DNA from: Macrostomum lignano
Taxonomy: Eukaryota
NCBI GenBank assembly: GCA_002269645.1
Contig: NIVC01000112.1
Coordinates: 392,520 to 456,519, forward strand
Reading direction: 5' to 3'
Length of the DNA: 64,000 nt
The translations under genes and the position numbers were made by a program. Numbering within the stretch: position 1 is the first letter of the stretch; every line of letters begins with the position of its first letter. A model generated the notes under the pieces. It ran no database searches and had not been told where the DNA came from. It was given only the letters and a program-made list of their open reading frames with translations. Of the stretch, positions 37,865-50,035 are shown one piece after another.

Positions 37865-40599
37865 AAATTGCTACCGGCATTGTGTTCGCGCAAATAAAGC
37901 CAGAAAAATTGCACAAACAAATCTCAACAAATTTCTTCTCCTTTTACTCCAATAGCCAGGTTCTCAAATCTGGGGGAGGGTAGTTATAATCGTAGCAGTG
38001 GTCGTAGAGTAGCATGGTTGTTTAGATAATAAATCACCAAAGATTCTAACTCTGTAAATTAAGATGTCAATATGTTGAACTTGTTACTTTCAGTAGGGTA
38101 GTTGCTGCCACTGCCACCACCATAATTCTCGTATTATCGAATGTTGATAGTCTCAAAGCTTTCTTTGAATTGAGACTTTGGTTATTTTATGTCCCATAAG
38201 AAAATGATTCAAGATAGGCTATTTCTTATATCAACGAAATAAATATTAAATGATTAAGTTTGTTGGTTATTTATTTATTGAAGCAGGTTTTACTGGCTTG
38301 CGAGGATTGTTAATAGGTTAAAACTAATTGCTACAGACAATAGATGTCGCGAGCACTGGTGCACTAATAGAACTTAAAAATAAAAGAAAGCTGATATAGG
38401 AGATATACTAAACTTAACTTGGAAACAAATGACAGGATAGTCAAATGGTAAGAAAATGGGGAGCAAGCATAAGAACAATTGAACAAAACAAAACTAAAAA
38501 AGAAAAGAAAAAGAAGAAAGAAATTGCAGAAATGAAAAACTGAGCAATGAGTATTTATAATAGAAATGTATATATATTGCATCCAATGCATGGGATCTAA
38601 GTTGGCCAATGTGGAGGCCATGCAATGGCTAGTGAACCAAAAATAACTGAAAACTGAAAACTGAAAATGATTAAATTCAGTAGGTGTTATTATGTTTAGC
38701 CAGAAAATAGGGAGCTAAAAACTAGACAATGGTCCCAACTTGGGACCAGCGAAGGGAGGTAAGGTCATAGTAAACCATGGTTGGCCGCATGGGTTGGCAT
38801 TCACAAAAATATTAGCACGCATTTGAATGTTAGAAAATAACTATTTAAAAAGATAAAGTTAATGTTCATGGAAACCCCACTGTCACAGTATTTATAGGAA
38901 TATATATTTTTAGTCTTAATCTTAGTCTCTGACTTAAGAATTAAAAATTCCTAAACCTATAAACCATATTATAGAAGGAGGGTATATTGAGTTCTGTGGC
39001 ATACACTGGTGTACATTTCTTGGCTCTGTACAGTGTGGCGTACAGTATAGTATACATAACTAGTATACAAATGAATATCAAGAATTATTCTGTGCATTTT
39101 TCTATGTTAAATAATTTTAAAAACCATTTTTTTTGCTACTATTTTCTCATTTATTAATCATTTTTATTACTGGAATTGTTACAATAATCATCATGTTATT
39201 ATCAATTTTTGTAATTTAAATTTAAAGTTAAATATTCATCAATTTTTTTAAACATTTAGAAAGTTGGCATACATTTAATATTTATTGACTTATAATTGAA
39301 AATTCAATTGAAAATATGTCCGGCATATACAGAAAACCTTCTGCATTATAGCCTATAAATTAGATAGCAATGACAAATAAATATCTAAAAAATATGATAG
39401 AATACCAATTATAATGTTCTTAAATATGTATTATATTATAATAGATAGTGATTATATTATCTCTTACATTTTGTTTGCCAACTTTTGTATTAATATTCAT
39501 AGATAGTCATTAGGTTATATTAGAACTTAAAACTCTAAATATATAGTTCTACTTTTTAGCATAAAAGCCTTCCCAATGATTTTCAAAAGTATTTATCTTT
39601 AGATATACCACAATAAAATGTGCATTATAAAGTACTATGTATAAATACATTTAAAAATATAGATAAATGCTAGCTATAGATAGATGCTAGCCAGATAGAT
39701 GTTAGCTAGATATATATAAATACATGTAGAAGTGTCATGATTTATATTTAAATACTACTATTATTTTTTTCTATGTATATACAATTTATAAAAAGATTAG
39801 AGTATAAGCACTTTACTTGTTTGTATAAGAGTTGTATAGTGGTATACTATATATGTTTGTTTTAATTCATTAAGTCCTTTCCCATAGACTGCAGAACTGC
39901 ATGGGTGGCCTGTATCCTATTTGTCTACTACTAGAAAAAGTTGTTTTATCTACTATTAGACAAAAGAAAGGCATATAAAATCACTATATACCTATAATAT
40001 AGGCCTAATAAAGAGCATTGTTAAACATTTTAAAGCTAGAATCTTTAACTAGCTTATGAAAGTTTTAATCTAGAAAATATTTACTTTTAGAAGCTTGCAA
40101 AAAATAGAGCAAGAAAGAGGACTGTATCATTTTTTGTGAAACAAAGTTTTTATTTAGCATTATACTATAATGGGAAAACAGGCATAGGGGATACACAAAT
40201 AGTAGTGTGAATCATTTGCCTTAGACACATTAAGCTAGTTGGGTAGAGTCACCTCACTAGCAATACATGCTAGAACCTATGTGCAAATGCACCTAGGGTC
40301 TTAATCTTGTCTGTGCACTACTATATACTAATAAATATTTGACTTCATAGTGGTTAAAAGATATATTTATAAGAGTTCTATATGATATATCTATATAATA
40401 TGCCATCTACATAGACTTATATTCGTTCCAACAAGGCTAATAAAAGTTTGATAAGATAAAATTCCTAGGATCAAGTAGAATTGTCAGTAATGATTATTCT
40501 AAAATCATAGCCCCCTCATAATATAGTCAAGTAGTGAAAATAGCCATGGTGATTTCTGCCAACTAGACTTAATCTAGACCTGCCACCTAGATATGACAA

Positions 40600-40750
40600 G
40601 GGGCTTATAGCCTAGTGGTTGGAGCATTGGACTTACAACTTGAAGGTTGGGGGTTCAATTCTCGATCCCATTGAAACAATTTGTGTCCTTGAGCAAGACA
40701 CTTAACTCTGCATTTTTTTCAGTTCACCCAGCTGTAAAATGGGTACCAGA
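40600..40750 (+). mobile_element. tRNA-derived SINE with CORE-like domain
   Basis: A-box tagcctagtggt and B-box ggttcaattc, followed by tgtgtccttgagcaagacacttaac...ctgtaaaatggg, which resembles the MIR/AFC CORE consensus. Confidence 0.7.
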
Positions 40751-40908
40751 ATTAGCTAGGGTAATTGAGGGTGTATGTGTGTATGGTGACTCACCCCCCC
40801 CCCCCCCCCTAGTCCTTGGACTGAACAGCCGTATGCAGCCTTCAGAATTCAGATGCACTGCACAATAGCTGTGGCTGAGCTGTCGGCTGCACATCTGGCA
40901 GATGTAAT

Positions 40909-43406
40909 TGATGTAACCACGCTCTGGTCGCGGGATAGGGCATGGAAACTTTTTCGAAAGTGCCTCCTATCCCGTGCACCCCTGCACAGAGCTGTCGAGA
41001 CTCGGCCAGGTCTCCGACCAGGCCTGGAGACTCCCGCTCTGCTGCACCCCTTCTGCTGCCTTGGTTCCGTCTCCCCTGCCGCCACACCTGCCTTTCCGGA
41101 GCTCCCCACCCCTCTCTGTATCTCCCCCTCTACCCTATCTCTTCTGTTTTCCGCCCTATCCTTCCTGTGCTTTCCCTATCTCCCCTCTTTTTGCCTCCCT
41201 CTGCACTCTTTTCCTGCGCTGTCCCCTCTTTCCCTGTTTCTACTTACACATACATGCGCAACAGTCGGCCGAGTCGGCCGATCCGGCCGACCGATTTGGC
41301 AGCCAATCAAGGAAGTCGCAAAAATACCCACCCAAAAAAACCTAAGTAGTATTACTAAGTAGCTGACGAGCCATTTTGCCCTAATAAGACAGTTATAGTT
41401 ACTCCTGCCGTTTACCCAAAGTTGCGTTAATTTTGCTTTACAGTTTTTATTACATGTAAGTCGCATTTTTGGCCAAAAACTACGTCGCATTTTTGTTAAA
41501 ACTAAGTCGCATGGCCGACCGAATTTTGGAGGTTGCGCATGTATGTACTTACAGTATTTTGTGTGCTCACCGTCTCCCTATCCCCTCTCAAACTCCCAAA
41601 CGGTGACGCAAGATGTGTGACCCCTTCCCCCCTCGGTGACTCATCGATGACTCATCCCCCTCTCTTGCGCAACCTTTTCTCACGCCATTGTTCTCCTTCC
41701 CAAATTTCTCATGCGACTCCCACCCCACCTCCGCTTCTATTGTTCTCGTTTTTGATTCTTTTGTTCTCTCGACCCCCACCAATTATCACATTTTCTCCGA
41801 TTTTCTCTTTCTTTTGTTCTCGTTTTCGCACCTAATTATCACCTTTTCCCCAATGTTTACTTTTCAATTGTTCTCAGTTCTCCCCAATTATCCCCGATTT
41901 CCAATTCCTTTGTTCTCGACCCCAGCCCTATTGTTCTCAATGTTTGCTTGCGCAACACTTTCGCGACCACCCGCTGCGCCAATTATCCCCCACCCCACCT
42001 CCGGATTGCGCAATTTCCCGATTTCTCATGTTGCTATGCCGGTCTCATGCTTCTCATCATGACTCATTCTGACGTCATTCTGCCGGCAGCCAATCAGAGA
42101 GAGGGAGCCATGGTAACGACCTTGAGGAGGCGGCTGTGAGGTCTATAAAAGGAAGCGATTTCGGCATGAGAATCCTCAAACTCTTCCTCTCCTCGTCCTT
42201 CTTTGGACTTGCTGTCAGATTGAGTTCTGACCCATTCGTCTATAAGACGAATCCCTGCCGGTCCGCGGTCTGTTACCGCTAAGTTATCTTCAGCTCCCCA
42301 AGTGAGCTCGCCTATCGGCCCGCGGTCTGAAACCGCCCAGCATCATCAGCATCGCCTGATCTACATCAGCGCCTCGTCGCTTCAGCGCACCGCCGCTTCA
42401 CTGTCTGCATGACTGCAGCCTACAGCCGCCCTCGGTCACTCCGCCTCTCTCTCTCTGTGCAGCTGCCGGTAAGTTCCTGTTACTAATTTGTGCTCTAATT
42501 GCCTTTGCTTATCCGGGGTTTGCCTATTTTCAATTGTCTGATTAGAGAGCTGAGCCAATTGTGATACCGTAACTTTTTGCTGTATTTTACTCAATAGTGA
42601 AGCCGCCTAATTGCCTGATTATTCGCCTAAGGGCCTAATTATTACTATTAACTAACTCCATCATTATTCACTCTTTCCCCCTCATTTCACTCATGGCTTG
42701 CTAAGCCTTTCTCCCGGGTGGCAAAGCATAAGGAAGTCTGGGTAAGCTAATGGCCTCTCCCCGTGCAAAGCCCGCCTGTGAGTGCGTGCTGCGGGGCCGT
42801 GTGTGCGTGCAGTAGATGGATTAGCGAGCCTTGGCACAGAATGGCAGTAGGAAGGTTGCAACCCCATGCTGACGCGTCCCTTCGCCCTGAGCAATCTAAA
42901 CTATAGACAGTACATGTTCGCCTCATACTACTCTTAGTAATCAAGTCGCAAGTTAGCCTCGCTCACAGCCACAAAGGATCCCCTGCTGAGAAATCCTCCA
43001 GATTGAGCCCAGAGTTCCCGATCATGCCCCAAGCAGAGTCCCTCGGCTGCATGTGTCTCCCCTGTTAGCCTAAATCTCCTGGTAACCATCCCAGGCGGGG
43101 CTCTAGCCTCGAGAGGTCTGGTAGAAAGATCCAGGTGCGCCAGGTCACATAGAGTGGTGGCAGCCACTCGGTCATGCTCTGACCGAGTGACCAACTATTG
43201 CACCTTGGCTACAGGTGGGGTCCATGTGGGTCCTTGGCCCTCTGGTCACAAAGCGCTACCAAAGCTATCAATCATGTGGGCGGGACAGTCTGGTGCTGGA
43301 GGTCCGTCAGGTCATTGCCCGGTCATAGGCAGCCTACGGTCATTGCCCCTCTAGTCATGCGTTCGTCTCTCTACGGAGCAGACAGGCGACAAGGGCGGTT
43401 ACATCA
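40909..43406 (+). mobile_element. 2.5-kb solo-LTR-like element (TG...CA, 10-bp terminal IR TGATGTAACC/GGTTACATCA, 4-bp TSD TAAT)
   Basis: TSD at 40905-40908 and 43407-43410. Internal promoter motifs, no coding capacity. A non-autonomous Ginger-type DNA element is an alternative. Confidence 0.8.
42005..42150 (+). promoter_or_regulatory. Pol II promoter inside the LTR: C/EBP ATTGCGCAAT (42005-42014), AP-1 TGACTCA (42060-42066; also 41637 and 41648), CRE TGACGTCA (42070-42077), CCAAT (42090-42094), TATAAAA (42144-42150)
   Basis: Exact consensus motifs in canonical order and spacing. Confidence 0.7.
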
Positions 43407-43696
43407 TAATCAATTATTATTTATTATTAATTATTTCCTACATTGAAAGTCTTGCACACTAGGGTGAAAGAACATTGGTTAAGTTTTGTCTGGTTTGCAA
43501 ACATGCAAATAGATCACTTAATTTAAGATTTATTGAATCAGTGCCAGTCTGACTTTAGACTAAAAAATACTTGAATCAATATTGCATAAGAAATCATCAA
43601 CCCAATCTCAATGCTTTACTTCAATGTTTATTAAAAATTTTAGTATTTTTTAAATTAAATTATTGGTTTAACTTGAACTTGGAGCAGCCAGTCGAA

Positions 43697-44623
43697 ATGA
43701 CCGACCTGTGCTCATCCGGCAGTTACCGTCGGTGCATCATCCAGGCAGTGCCAACATCATCAGCGTCAACCTGCCTGCCCATCATCAGCATCCAGCAGCA
43801 ACATCATCAGCGTCAACCTGCCTGCCCATCATCACCACCAGCAGCATCATCAGCCCTCCTCGCCGCTGCCACTATCCCGACTCCTCAGCAGCAACAGCAT
43901 GGAGGCCTCGCCACTCAGCCCGTAGCTGCAGCACCTGGCATCGCAGTGAGCTCCAGCTCAGGCGCCTCGGCAGCTGTTCAGCAGCACCAGCAGCAGCCGC
44001 ACATCATTGCTCCGGCTGGGGTTGCTCAACCGGCGCCGCCGGGCTCGACCGCCCTGCTCCAAGTCGCCGCCGCCGCCGCCGCAGCCGCTGCCAGCCGGCC
44101 GCCAACCGGGCCGTTCGCCGTCTACCCCGCCTGCGCCTTCCAGCAGGCCGCCATCTCGCAGGCACAGCAGCTGCCGCCGCAGCAGCCAACATCGGCTGCG
44201 GCTCCGAATTCCGTATCGGCCGCGTCCGTCACTGGCTTGGCGCCTCATCAGCATCCCCAGCATCATCATCATCATCCAGCGAGTGCCGCCATTGTTCAGC
44301 TGGCCCCGTTCCCCCCGCCTGAGCAGCCGCTGCCACCGCCGCCTCAATCGCAGCCGCCCGTATCGCATCATCAGCAGCACCATCAACCCCAGCAGCCGCA
44401 GCACGTGTTCCTGCACCAACAGCAGGCCAGTCATCTGCTTGCCCCAACTCTGGCCCAGCCTCCGCCTGCGCCTCATCAGCATCAGCAAGCCCAGCATCAG
44501 CCAACCCAGCAACAACAACAGCAGCAGCAGCAAAAGCCTATCGTCCCAATTACCGTGGGATCTTCGGCTGCTCCCCCGGTCGTGTCTGTTGGAGTCTCCG
44601 TCACGGCCGCTTCGCCCGTCCAG
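43697..44623 (+). CDS. SIN3: SIN3 corepressor, exon 1 (low-complexity Q/H/P/A N-terminus)
   Basis: Open frame from ATG 43697 to donor CAG|gtgctg, phase 0, in frame with exon 2. The exact start is uncertain. Confidence 0.6.
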
Positions 44624-44944
44624 GTGCTGTACACACCTTTCTCAGGGACTACTCAAGTAGAAGGACTGAAAACTGCGTTTCTTGGAAAGTTTTAGGGGGC
44701 GGATTTGCCTCCTGAAAATTTTTCCAAGAAACCTTAGTTTCCTATCCTTCTTGAGTAGTCCTTGGCCTTTCTACCTGTTAACCCGATAACGTGAATTGTT
44801 GTAGATGATTTAAAGTTCAGCAGTCTCTTTAAACTTACACCGTGCTTTTCTTATAGCTCCTACGAAATTTGTAACTGCATCTTTTTATATTGCTACTTAC
44901 AGTAGCTGAATTAGACATTTTGCCTATAATTTATTTCATTCTAG

Positions 44945-45151
44945 TTGGGCAGCGGCGTCTCAGCAGCAGCAGCGGCCGCGGCGGCGGCGGCTGCGGCCGA
45001 GTCCAACAGAGCCACTTCGCAGAGCCAGAAGGTGGAGGACGCGCTGTCCTATTTAGATCAGGTGAAACTGCGATTCAGCGAGCACCCGGCCGTTTATAAT
45101 AACTTCTTGGACACTATGCGCGATTTTAAAGCCGCTTCTATTGACACTCAG
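44945..45151 (+). CDS. SIN3: SIN3 exon 2 (PAH1 N-half)
   Basis: ttcattctag|TTG ... CAG|gtgagt; [41 protein letters not shown]. Confidence 0.95.
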
Positions 45152-45249
45152 GTGAGTTTAATCCACTGAATCTTATATCGCCCAGCTCATACTACTACTT
45201 AGTGACCTACCATTTGATTTCATGAAGTCATTTGTTATAGTATCTACTC

Positions 45250-45720
45250 CTGTCATCTGCCATCTACCCCGTCATCTGCCATCTACCCCGTCATCTGCCA
45301 TCTACCCCGTCATCTGCCATCTACCCCGTCATCTGCTATCTACCCCGTCATCTGCCATCTACCCCGTCATCTGCCATCTACCCCGTCATCTGCTATCTAC
45401 CCCGTCATCTGCCATCTACCCGTCATCTGCCATCTACCCCATCATCTGCCATCTACCCCGTCATCTGCTATCTACTATCTACCCTTATAATCTACCATTT
45501 TCCCTCTAATCTACTATCTACCTTCCAATTTACTATCTACCCCTACAATCTACCAATTACCCTCCAATCTACTATCTATCCTCTAATTTACTATCTACCC
45601 TCTAATCTACAATTTACAATCTACCCCCTGTAATCTACCATCTACCCCTACAATCTACTATCTACCCTCCAATTTACCATCTTCCATCTATCCCGTTACG
45701 TGCCATCTACTTCCGTTATC
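45250..45720. repeat. 19-bp minisatellite (tcatctgccatctaccccg)n, degenerating 3'
   Basis: Intron 2 of SIN3. Confidence 0.9.
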
Positions 45721-45869
45721 TACAACTTATCCTTTTTATCTGCGCTGTTTAACTACTAAACTTCCATTCGGGAGTGCTTCTTGGACTCTATGCTTCTACA
45801 TAATTTGATTGAAGTTTTACAGCTGGGCATTCAGGTTGAGGTAAATTTCAATTTCAACTCGAATTTCAG

Positions 45870-46425
45870 GAGGTCATCAACCGAGTGAAAAATTTCTTCC
45901 AAGGCCACTCGGACCTCATACTGGGCTTCAATACTTTCCTGCCCAGCGGCTACAAGATGAAGGCCAGCTCGGACAATCAGACAATATCCCTGTTGCAGCC
46001 GAACAGGCCACCGGTGACCCTGGTTGGACCTGGCGGCAGCGGCGGCGCCGGCCCAGTCACGTCGGCTCAAAGTCAGCAGCTGCCGGGTCCCGCCGCAGCT
46101 GCCACCATCCTGCAGTCCTCTGCGGCGGCTGCTGGCGGCAGCGGAGCCGGAGGCGATCAATACGAGGAGTTCAATCACGCGATTTCCTACGTGAACAAAA
46201 TTAAATCTCGGTTCGCCGGCAGGTCGCCTATCTACAAGCAGTTTCTGGACATTCTGCACAAGTACCAGAAGGAGCAGCGGGCGGGAGAGGCGCATAGCAA
46301 CGAAGAGCAGGTGTTAGGCGAGGTGGAACGGTTGTTCGCTGGCCAACCTGACCTTCTAGAGGAGTTCTCGCAATTTCTGCCGCAGTCTTCTATAGCCCCG
46401 GTGACGCAACAGTTACGGGAGCACG
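45870..46425 (+). CDS. SIN3: SIN3 exon 3 (PAH1 C-half, PAH2)
   Basis: atttcag|GAG ... CAC G|gtgagt; EVINRVKNFFQGHSDLILGFNTFLP and EFNHAISYVNKIKSRF...DLLEEFSQFLP. Confidence 0.95.
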
Positions 46426-46506
46426 GTGAGTCTGTCGCGTTGCCATGGTGATTGTCATGGGTCTACGAAAATCGAATTCAATCGAATTCTCGTGGAAATT
46501 CCGCAG

Positions 46507-47267
46507 GCAAGGCCAGCAGCGGCTCTCCCCAGAGCGGCACGCATCCGGCTGCTGTTGGCGCCGCCGCCGGCGTGAAGCGCGCCAGGCCGACCTCCCTGAC
46601 CGCCGCTGCCGCCTCGCTAACCGCCGCCGAAGCCTCCATGTCGGCTGGAAGCGGCGGCGCCGAAAATTTAGGCGCCTCGGCGCCGACCTCCGCTAAAAAG
46701 GCGCACGTTGCAAGTGCCCAGCATCACCTGCAGCCTCATCAACAGCAGCGAGCGGCGGAGACAAATCCGGTTAGAGAGGCCGACCTCTTCGATCGGCTGA
46801 AAGCGGCGATGCCGGATGCTGACGTGTACGCGGGGTTCATGCACTGCGTGCACCTGTACAACAACGGCCGAATCGGCAAGGCCGACCTGCTGGCGCGGGC
46901 CGCCGGGCCGCTCAGGCCTCACCCTCAGCTCTACCGGGCTCTGAAGGACGCCCTGCACTCCGAGTCTTCCGGCAACCGCTTGACACCGGCCGCTGCCACC
47001 GGGTCTGCCTTGACTTCGGCCTCGTCTACCGCGGTCGGGCCTGCCGGCATTGTTGTTGAAGATCGAAGCGCCGGCGTTGTCGCTTCCTCGGCTTCGGCAC
47101 CGGCGGCGGCGTCGGTCGCGCCGGAAATGGACCGGGAGCCCGGCAGGCACCATCTGGATATTGACTTCAACACTTTGAAAAGGTGCGGCAACTCGTACCG
47201 AATGCTGCCCGCGGGCTACGCTCCGCCTAGGTGCAGTGGCCGGGAGAAACTGCCCGTGTGTCAGGAG
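46507..47267 (+). CDS. SIN3: SIN3 exon 4 (PAH3, start of HDAC-interaction domain)
   Basis: ttccgcag|GC ... GAG|gtacgt; LFDRLKAAMPDADVYAGFMHCVHLYN and IDFNTLKRCGNSYRMLP...CSGR...CQE. Confidence 0.92.
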
Positions 47268-47297
47268 GTACGTTTTTCTTGCGCTCTTGTTGACCTG

Positions 47298-47897
47298 TCC
47301 CGTCTCCCTGCACCCGTCTCCCTGCACCCGTCTCCCTGCACCCGTCTCCCTGCACCCGTCTCCCTGCACCCGTCTCCCTGCACCCGTCTCCCTGCACCCG
47401 TCTCCCTGCGCCCGTCTCCCTGCACCCGTCTCCCTGCACCCGTCTCCCTGCACCCGTCTCCCTGCACCCGTCTCCCTGCACCCATCTCCCTGCACCCGTC
47501 TCCCTGCACCCATCTCCCTGTGTACCCATCTCCCTGCACCCTTGTCCCTGCATTATCTCCCTGCGTTATCTCCCTGCATTATCTCCCTGCATCATCTCCC
47601 TGCGTTATCTCCCTGCCTATACCTCCCTGCATCGTCTCCCTGCACCCGTCTCCCTGCATCATCTCCCTGCATCATCTCCCTGCACCCGTCTCCCTGCACC
47701 TATCTCCCTGCATCATCTCCCTGCACCCGTCTCCCTGCACCTATCTCCCTGCACCCGTCTCCCTGCACCCGTCTCCCTGCATTATCTCCCTGCATCCATC
47801 TCCCTGCCTATATCTCCCTGCATCCATCTCCCTGCCTATATCTCCCTGCATCCATCTCCCTGCCTATATCTCCCTGCATCCATCTCACTGCCTATAT
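47298..47897. repeat. 14-bp minisatellite (cctgcacccgtctc)n
   Basis: Intron 4 of SIN3; interrupted at its 3' end by a SINE. Confidence 0.93.
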
Positions 47898-48269
47898 TTA
47901 TTATTATTATTTATTTAGAGGCAGGGGGGTTGTGTGCAACCTGGCGCAATTTAAGCGTCATTGGCACACAACCGGCGAGAGGCATTACTGCCCATTCCGC
48001 CGACTCCCCTGAGCAGGCATACAAGCGCGCGGATACGTTACGCAGGCACACACTCACACAGGAGTGTACAGCGGCCCTAACTTTATCAATTGTTAGGCAT
48101 GTACACTTCACTGCGCCTTGGGGGGGGGGTTGGCTCTCAAGGCCGTTAATTGCACGAGCGAGCCAAGCCAAGATTCCAATCCAGCCCCAAATTAATGTGG
48201 CTGCACTTGGAATCGAGCCTGGGTCGCGGCACACCAGAGCAGCTGCGCTACCGCTGGGCTACGCCCCCC
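47898..48269 (-). mobile_element. tRNA-derived SINE, ~370 bp, (TAA)n tail, 12-bp TSD CACTGCCTATAT
   Basis: The minus strand starts GGGGGGCGTAGCCCAGCGGTAGCGC...GGCTCGATTCC (A/B boxes) and ends taaataaataataataataa. TSD at 47886-47897 and 48270-48281. Confidence 0.88.
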
Positions 48270-48358
48270 CACTGCCTATATCTCCCTGCATCATCTCACT
48301 ACACCCTTCGCTAGCCATAAATCTGCAGTGCATTTATCTCCCCCAAAACTGCTCATAG

Positions 48359-48639
48359 GTGCTAAACGACAGTTTGGTGAGCTTCCCCAGCTGGTCAAGC
48401 GAGGACACGCAGTACGTGAGCTCCCGTAAGAATCAATTCGAAGAGGCCTGCTACCGAGTCGAGGACGAGCGCTACGAATTAGACATGGTGCTAGCAGTGA
48501 ACTGCTCAGCAATCAGAGCTCTGGAGGCTGTACTCAAACGGTTGCACAGGCTGCCCAGCCAGGAAGAGCAGGCTCATTATCGGCTGGGCGATGACTTAGG
48601 TGCCAGCTCCGGTGTGCTTCTGCGCAAGGCCATACAGAG
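48359..48639 (+). CDS. SIN3: SIN3 exon 5 (HDAC-interaction domain)
   Basis: ctcatag|GTG ... CAG AG|gtgcgc; [42 protein letters not shown]. Confidence 0.96.
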
Positions 48640-48734
48640 GTGCGCTTGTAGCTTTTGTTTTTAAATAGCATTCGCAGTGCAGAGATTACTATGAGTCCTT
48701 TCCTTTGCGCTGAACCCTGAAGTCTTTAGACACT

Positions 48735-50035
48735 ACTATAAGAATCGTCCTTAGATCTACTATGAGAATCGTCCTTAGATCTACTATGAGAATCGTCCTT
48801 AGATCTACTATGAGAATCGTCCTTAGATCTACTATGAGAATCGTCCTTAGATCTACTATGAGAATCGTCCTTAGATCTACTATGAGAATCGTCCTTAGAT
48901 CTACTATGAGAATCGTCCTTAGATCTACTATGAGAATCGTCCTCAGATCTACTATGAGAATCGTCCTTAGATCTACTATGAGAATCGTCCTTAGATCTAC
49001 TATGAGAATCGTCCTTAGATCCATCCTGAGAATCGCCCTTAGATCCATCCTGAGAATCGCCCTTAGATCCATCCTGAGAATCACCCTTAGATCCATCCTG
49101 AGAATCGCCCTTAGATCCATCCTGAGAATCGCCCTTAGATCCATCCTGAGAATCGCCCTTAGATCCATCCTGAGAATCGCCCTTAGATCCATCCTGAGAA
49201 TCACCCTTAGATCCATCCTGAGAATCGTCCTTAGATCCATCCTGAGAATCGCCCTTAGATCCATCCTGAGAATCGCCCTTAGATCCATCCTGAGAATCGC
49301 CCTTAGATCCATCCTGAGAATCACCCTTAGATCCATCCTGAGAATCGCCCTTAGATCCATCCTGAGAATCACCCTTAGATCCATCCTGAGAATCGCCCTT
49401 AGATCCATCCTGAGAATCACCCTTAGATCCATCCTGAGAATCGCCCTTAGATCCATCCTGAGAATCGCCCTTAGATCCATCCTGAGAATCGTCCTTAGAT
49501 CCATCCTGAGAATCGCCCTTAGATCCATCCTGAGAATCGCCCTTAGATCCATCCTGAGAATCGCCCTTAGATCCATCCTGAGAATCGTCCTTAGATCCAT
49601 CCTGAGAATCGCCCTTAGATCCATCCTGAGAATCGCCCTTAGATCCATCCTGAGAATCACCCTTAGATCCATCCTGAGAATCGTCCTTAGATCCATCCTG
49701 AGAATCGCCCTTAGATCCATCCTGAGAATCGCCCTTAGATCCATCCTGAGAATCGCCCTTAGATCCATCCTGAGAATCGCCCTTAGATCCATCCTGAGAA
49801 TCGCCCTTAGACCCATCCTGAGAATCGCCCTTAGATCCATCCTGAGAATCGCCCTTAGATCCATCCTGAGAATCGCCCTTAGACCCATCCTGAGAATCGC
49901 CCTTAGATCCATCCTGAGAATCGCCCTTAGATCCATCCTGAGAATCGCCCTTAGATCCATCCTGAGAATCACCCTTAGATCCATCCTGAGAATCGCCCTT
50001 AGATCCATCCTGAGAATCGCCCTTAGACCCTTAGA
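48735..50035. repeat. 24-bp minisatellite with two variant blocks switching at 49021
   Basis: gagaatcgtccttagatctactat, then gagaatcgcccttagatccatcct. Confidence 0.97.

Noticed and set aside
40600-40675. tRNA gene (also 48190-48269 on minus)
   Set aside because: A/B boxes are present but there is no complete cloverleaf or acceptor stem. Both continue into SINE bodies, and one has a TSD.
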